Shown: positions 62,207 through 64,000 of the stretch, piece by piece
Position numbering within the stretch: position 1 is the stretch's first letter
Layout of the letters: the number at the start of each line of letters is the position of its first letter
NCBI GenBank assembly: GCA_016845225.1
Contig: JAERTB010000010.1
Span: 12,294-76,293 of the forward strand
DNA length: 64,000 bases
From: Candidatus Woesearchaeota archaeon
GTDB lineage: Archaea > Nanobdellota > Nanobdellia > SCGC-AAA011-G17 > UBA489
Direction: 5' to 3'
Made by a program: the position numbers and the translations under genes
Notes under the pieces: model-generated
Seen by the model: only the letters and a program-made list of their open reading frames with translations
What the model was told of the DNA's origin: nothing
Database searches by the model: none

Positions 62207-64000
62207 ATGAAAGTTGACATGCCCGGTAAATATCTTGCTGAAGAAATTGAGAAAAAATGGATGGCTAGATGGGAGAAAGATAAGACGTATAAGTTTGATG
62301 AAACTAATGCAGATAATATTTTTTCTATAGATACGCCTCCGCCTACAGTTTCTGGGAAATTACATTTTGGCCATGCATTTAGTTCAAGTCAACAAGATTT
62401 TATTGCAAGGTATAAACGTATGAAAGGTTTTAATGTTCTTCAACCATTCGGAACAGATGATAATGGTTTGCCTACTCAAACACTTATTCAAAAATTAAAA
62501 AAAGTTTGGGCAAAGGGAATGGAAAGAAAAGATTTTATTGCTCTTTGTCTGGATACTTTAGAGAATGAATTAAGGCCTAGTTATTTACAAGATTGGAAAC
62601 GGCTCGGAATGAGTTGTGATTTCGATGTTAACTATACTACTATTAATGAACACTCAATTAGATTGAGTCAAAAATCATTTATTGAACTTTATGAAATGGG
62701 CAGAGCATATAGACAAGAAGCTCCTGCAACTTGGTGCCCTAAATGTCAAACTGCAATTGCTCAAGTAGAATTAGAAGATAAAGAAGTTCCTTCAATCTTT
62801 AATGATATTGTGTTTATGGTTGGAGATGAGAAATTAACTGTTGCAACCACAAGACCAGAATTGTTACCTGCATGTGTGGCGATATTTTATCATCCAGATG
62901 ATACTAGATATTCTGTATTAGAAGGTAACCTTGCAAGAGTTCCTTTATTTGATTTTGAAGTTCCTATATTGCCTGATGAACGTGCTGATCCTGAAAAAGG
63001 AACAGGAATTGTAATGTGTTGTACATTTGGAGATAGTACTGATGTTGAATGGCAAAAAGCACACAAGTTACCGATTAAGACTGCAATTAACAAAGATGGC
63101 ACAATGTCTTCGTTGGCTGGAAAATATGAGGGTATGAAATTAAAAGAAGCAAGAAATGAGATTATTGAAGATTTGAAAAATGAAAGTTTATTGACTAAAC
63201 AAGAACCCATAACACATTCTGTTAATACTCATGAAAGGTGTGGAACTGAAATTGAATTTGTACATTCTAAACAATGGTTTGTTAGATATTTAGACTTGAA
63301 AGAGGATATGTTAGAATGGGGTAATGAACTTAATTGGTATCCTAAACATATGAAGAACAGATATGATAATTGGGTTAAGGGATTACAATGGGACTGGTGT
63401 ATTTCTAGACAAATCTCTTTTGGAGTTCCGTTTCCAATTTGGTATTGCGGAGATTGTGGAGAAACAATAGTTGCAAGTGTGAAAAATTTACCTGTTTATC
63501 CTTTACATGATAAGGCTCCTGTAGATTGTTGTCCTAATTGTAAAAGTAAAAATTTGAAAGGTGAAAAAGATGTTATTAATACTTGGGCAACTTCTTCATT
63601 AACTCCCACAATTGTTAAAGAATTATTTAAGGGAACAAAAGTTTATAACTATTTGAAAGAAAATCCTATGGATTTGAGAACACAAGGACACGATATTATT
63701 TCTTTTTGGTTATTTAACACTGTTGTAAAAAGCAGACTTCATGAAAAGATGAATCCTTGGAAGGATTGTTTTATCAATGGATGGGTGCTTGATCCAAGAG
63801 GTAGAAAAATGTCTAAATCTAAAGGCAATGTAGTAGAACCTCAAAAAATAATTGAAACTTATTCTGCAGATGCATTAAGAATTATGGCAGGAGGATGTAA
63901 ACTTGGAGATGATTTTCCTTATCAAGAGAAAGATGTTAAAAGTGGACAAAAAACTGTAACTAAATTATGGAATGCAAGTAAATTTGTGTTTATGCACTTA
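62207..64000 (+). CDS. valS: Class I aminoacyl-tRNA synthetase, most likely valyl-tRNA synthetase (N-terminal ~600 aa; runs off the window end)
   Basis: TPPPTVSGKLHFGHA (HIGH region in ValRS-type context), TTRPE, editing-domain GTGIVMCCTFGD, DWCISRQ, KMSKSKGN. No stop before 64000. Not in the ORF track because it is open at the window edge. Confidence 0.8.
   Translation, partial: MKVDMPGKYLAEEIEKKWMARWEKDKTYKFDETNADNIFSIDTPPPTVSGKLHFGHAFSSSQQDFIARYKRMKGFNVLQPFGTDDNGLPTQTLIQKLKKVWAKGMERKDFIALCLDTLENELRPSYLQDWKRLGMSCDFDVNYTTINEHSIRLSQKSFIELYEMGRAYRQEAPATWCPKCQTAIAQVELEDKEVPSIFNDIVFMVGDEKLTVATTRPELLPACVAIFYHPDDTRYSVLEGNLARVPLFDFEVPILPDERADPEKGTGIVMCCTFGDSTDVEWQKAHKLPIKTAINKDGTMSSLAGKYEGMKLKEARNEIIEDLKNESLLTKQEPITHSVNTHERCGTEIEFVHSKQWFVRYLDLKEDMLEWGNELNWYPKHMKNRYDNWVKGLQWDWCISRQISFGVPFPIWYCGDCGETIVASVKNLPVYPLHDKAPVDCCPNCKSKNLKGEKDVINTWATSSLTPTIVKELFKGTKVYNYLKENPMDLRTQGHDIISFWLFNTVVKSRLHEKMNPWKDCFINGWVLDPRGRKMSKSKGNVVEPQKIIETYSADALRIMAGGCKLGDDFPYQEKDVKSGQKTVTKLWNASKFVFMHL

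Noticed and set aside
1-64000. CRISPR arrays, rRNA genes, transposases/IS elements, integrases
   Set aside because: No direct-repeat/spacer periodicity, no rRNA-like conserved stretches and no DDE/tyrosine-recombinase-like ORFs were seen. The LAGLIDADG ORF is the only mobile-element-like gene.

Overview
AT-rich (~32-35% GC) archaeal chromosomal segment, most likely from a small-genome DPANN-type archaeon. This is inferred from e-type ribosomal proteins (S3Ae, S19e, S27e, L31e, L39e, L44e), RadA, aIF2-alpha, Nop10, Cbf5, GINS/RecJ-GAN, SRP54/FtsY, many leaderless genes behind BRE/TATA motifs of the form aaGGTTTAAATA, and a large number of archaeal class III (prepilin-type) signal peptides. Housekeeping islands (translation, tRNA/rRNA modification, replication/recombination) are interleaved with a large accessory surface-structure repertoire. 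That repertoire comprises a FlaI/PilB-like secretion ATPase plus a FlaJ/TadC-like platform protein. It includes a polytopic membrane protein ending in a DnaJ-type J domain. There is a pore-less voltage-sensor-like membrane protein. A PibD/FlaK-type prepilin peptidase is present. At least 12 predicted pilin-like proteins carry [KR]G-cleavage class III signals, most of them in one co-directional run at ~13.7-20.9 kb. There are two lipobox lipoprotein paralogs. A divergent paralog pair flanks a palindrome. A 1575-aa NHL-repeat, Cys-rich, Thr-linker surface protein is also present. Three tRNAs are present: tRNA-Arg(GCG) on the minus strand, tRNA-Gln(TTG), and a 130-nt tRNA-like gene with a ~56-nt insertion whose anticodon loop I could not reconstruct canonically. 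The last of these lies directly downstream of a free-standing double-motif LAGLIDADG endonuclease gene. No CRISPR array, rRNA or obvious transposase was seen. Coordinates I derived by hand for RNAs, motifs and alternative starts may be off by 1-2 nt. ORF-track coordinates are used otherwise, and some of those starts are GTG/TTG.
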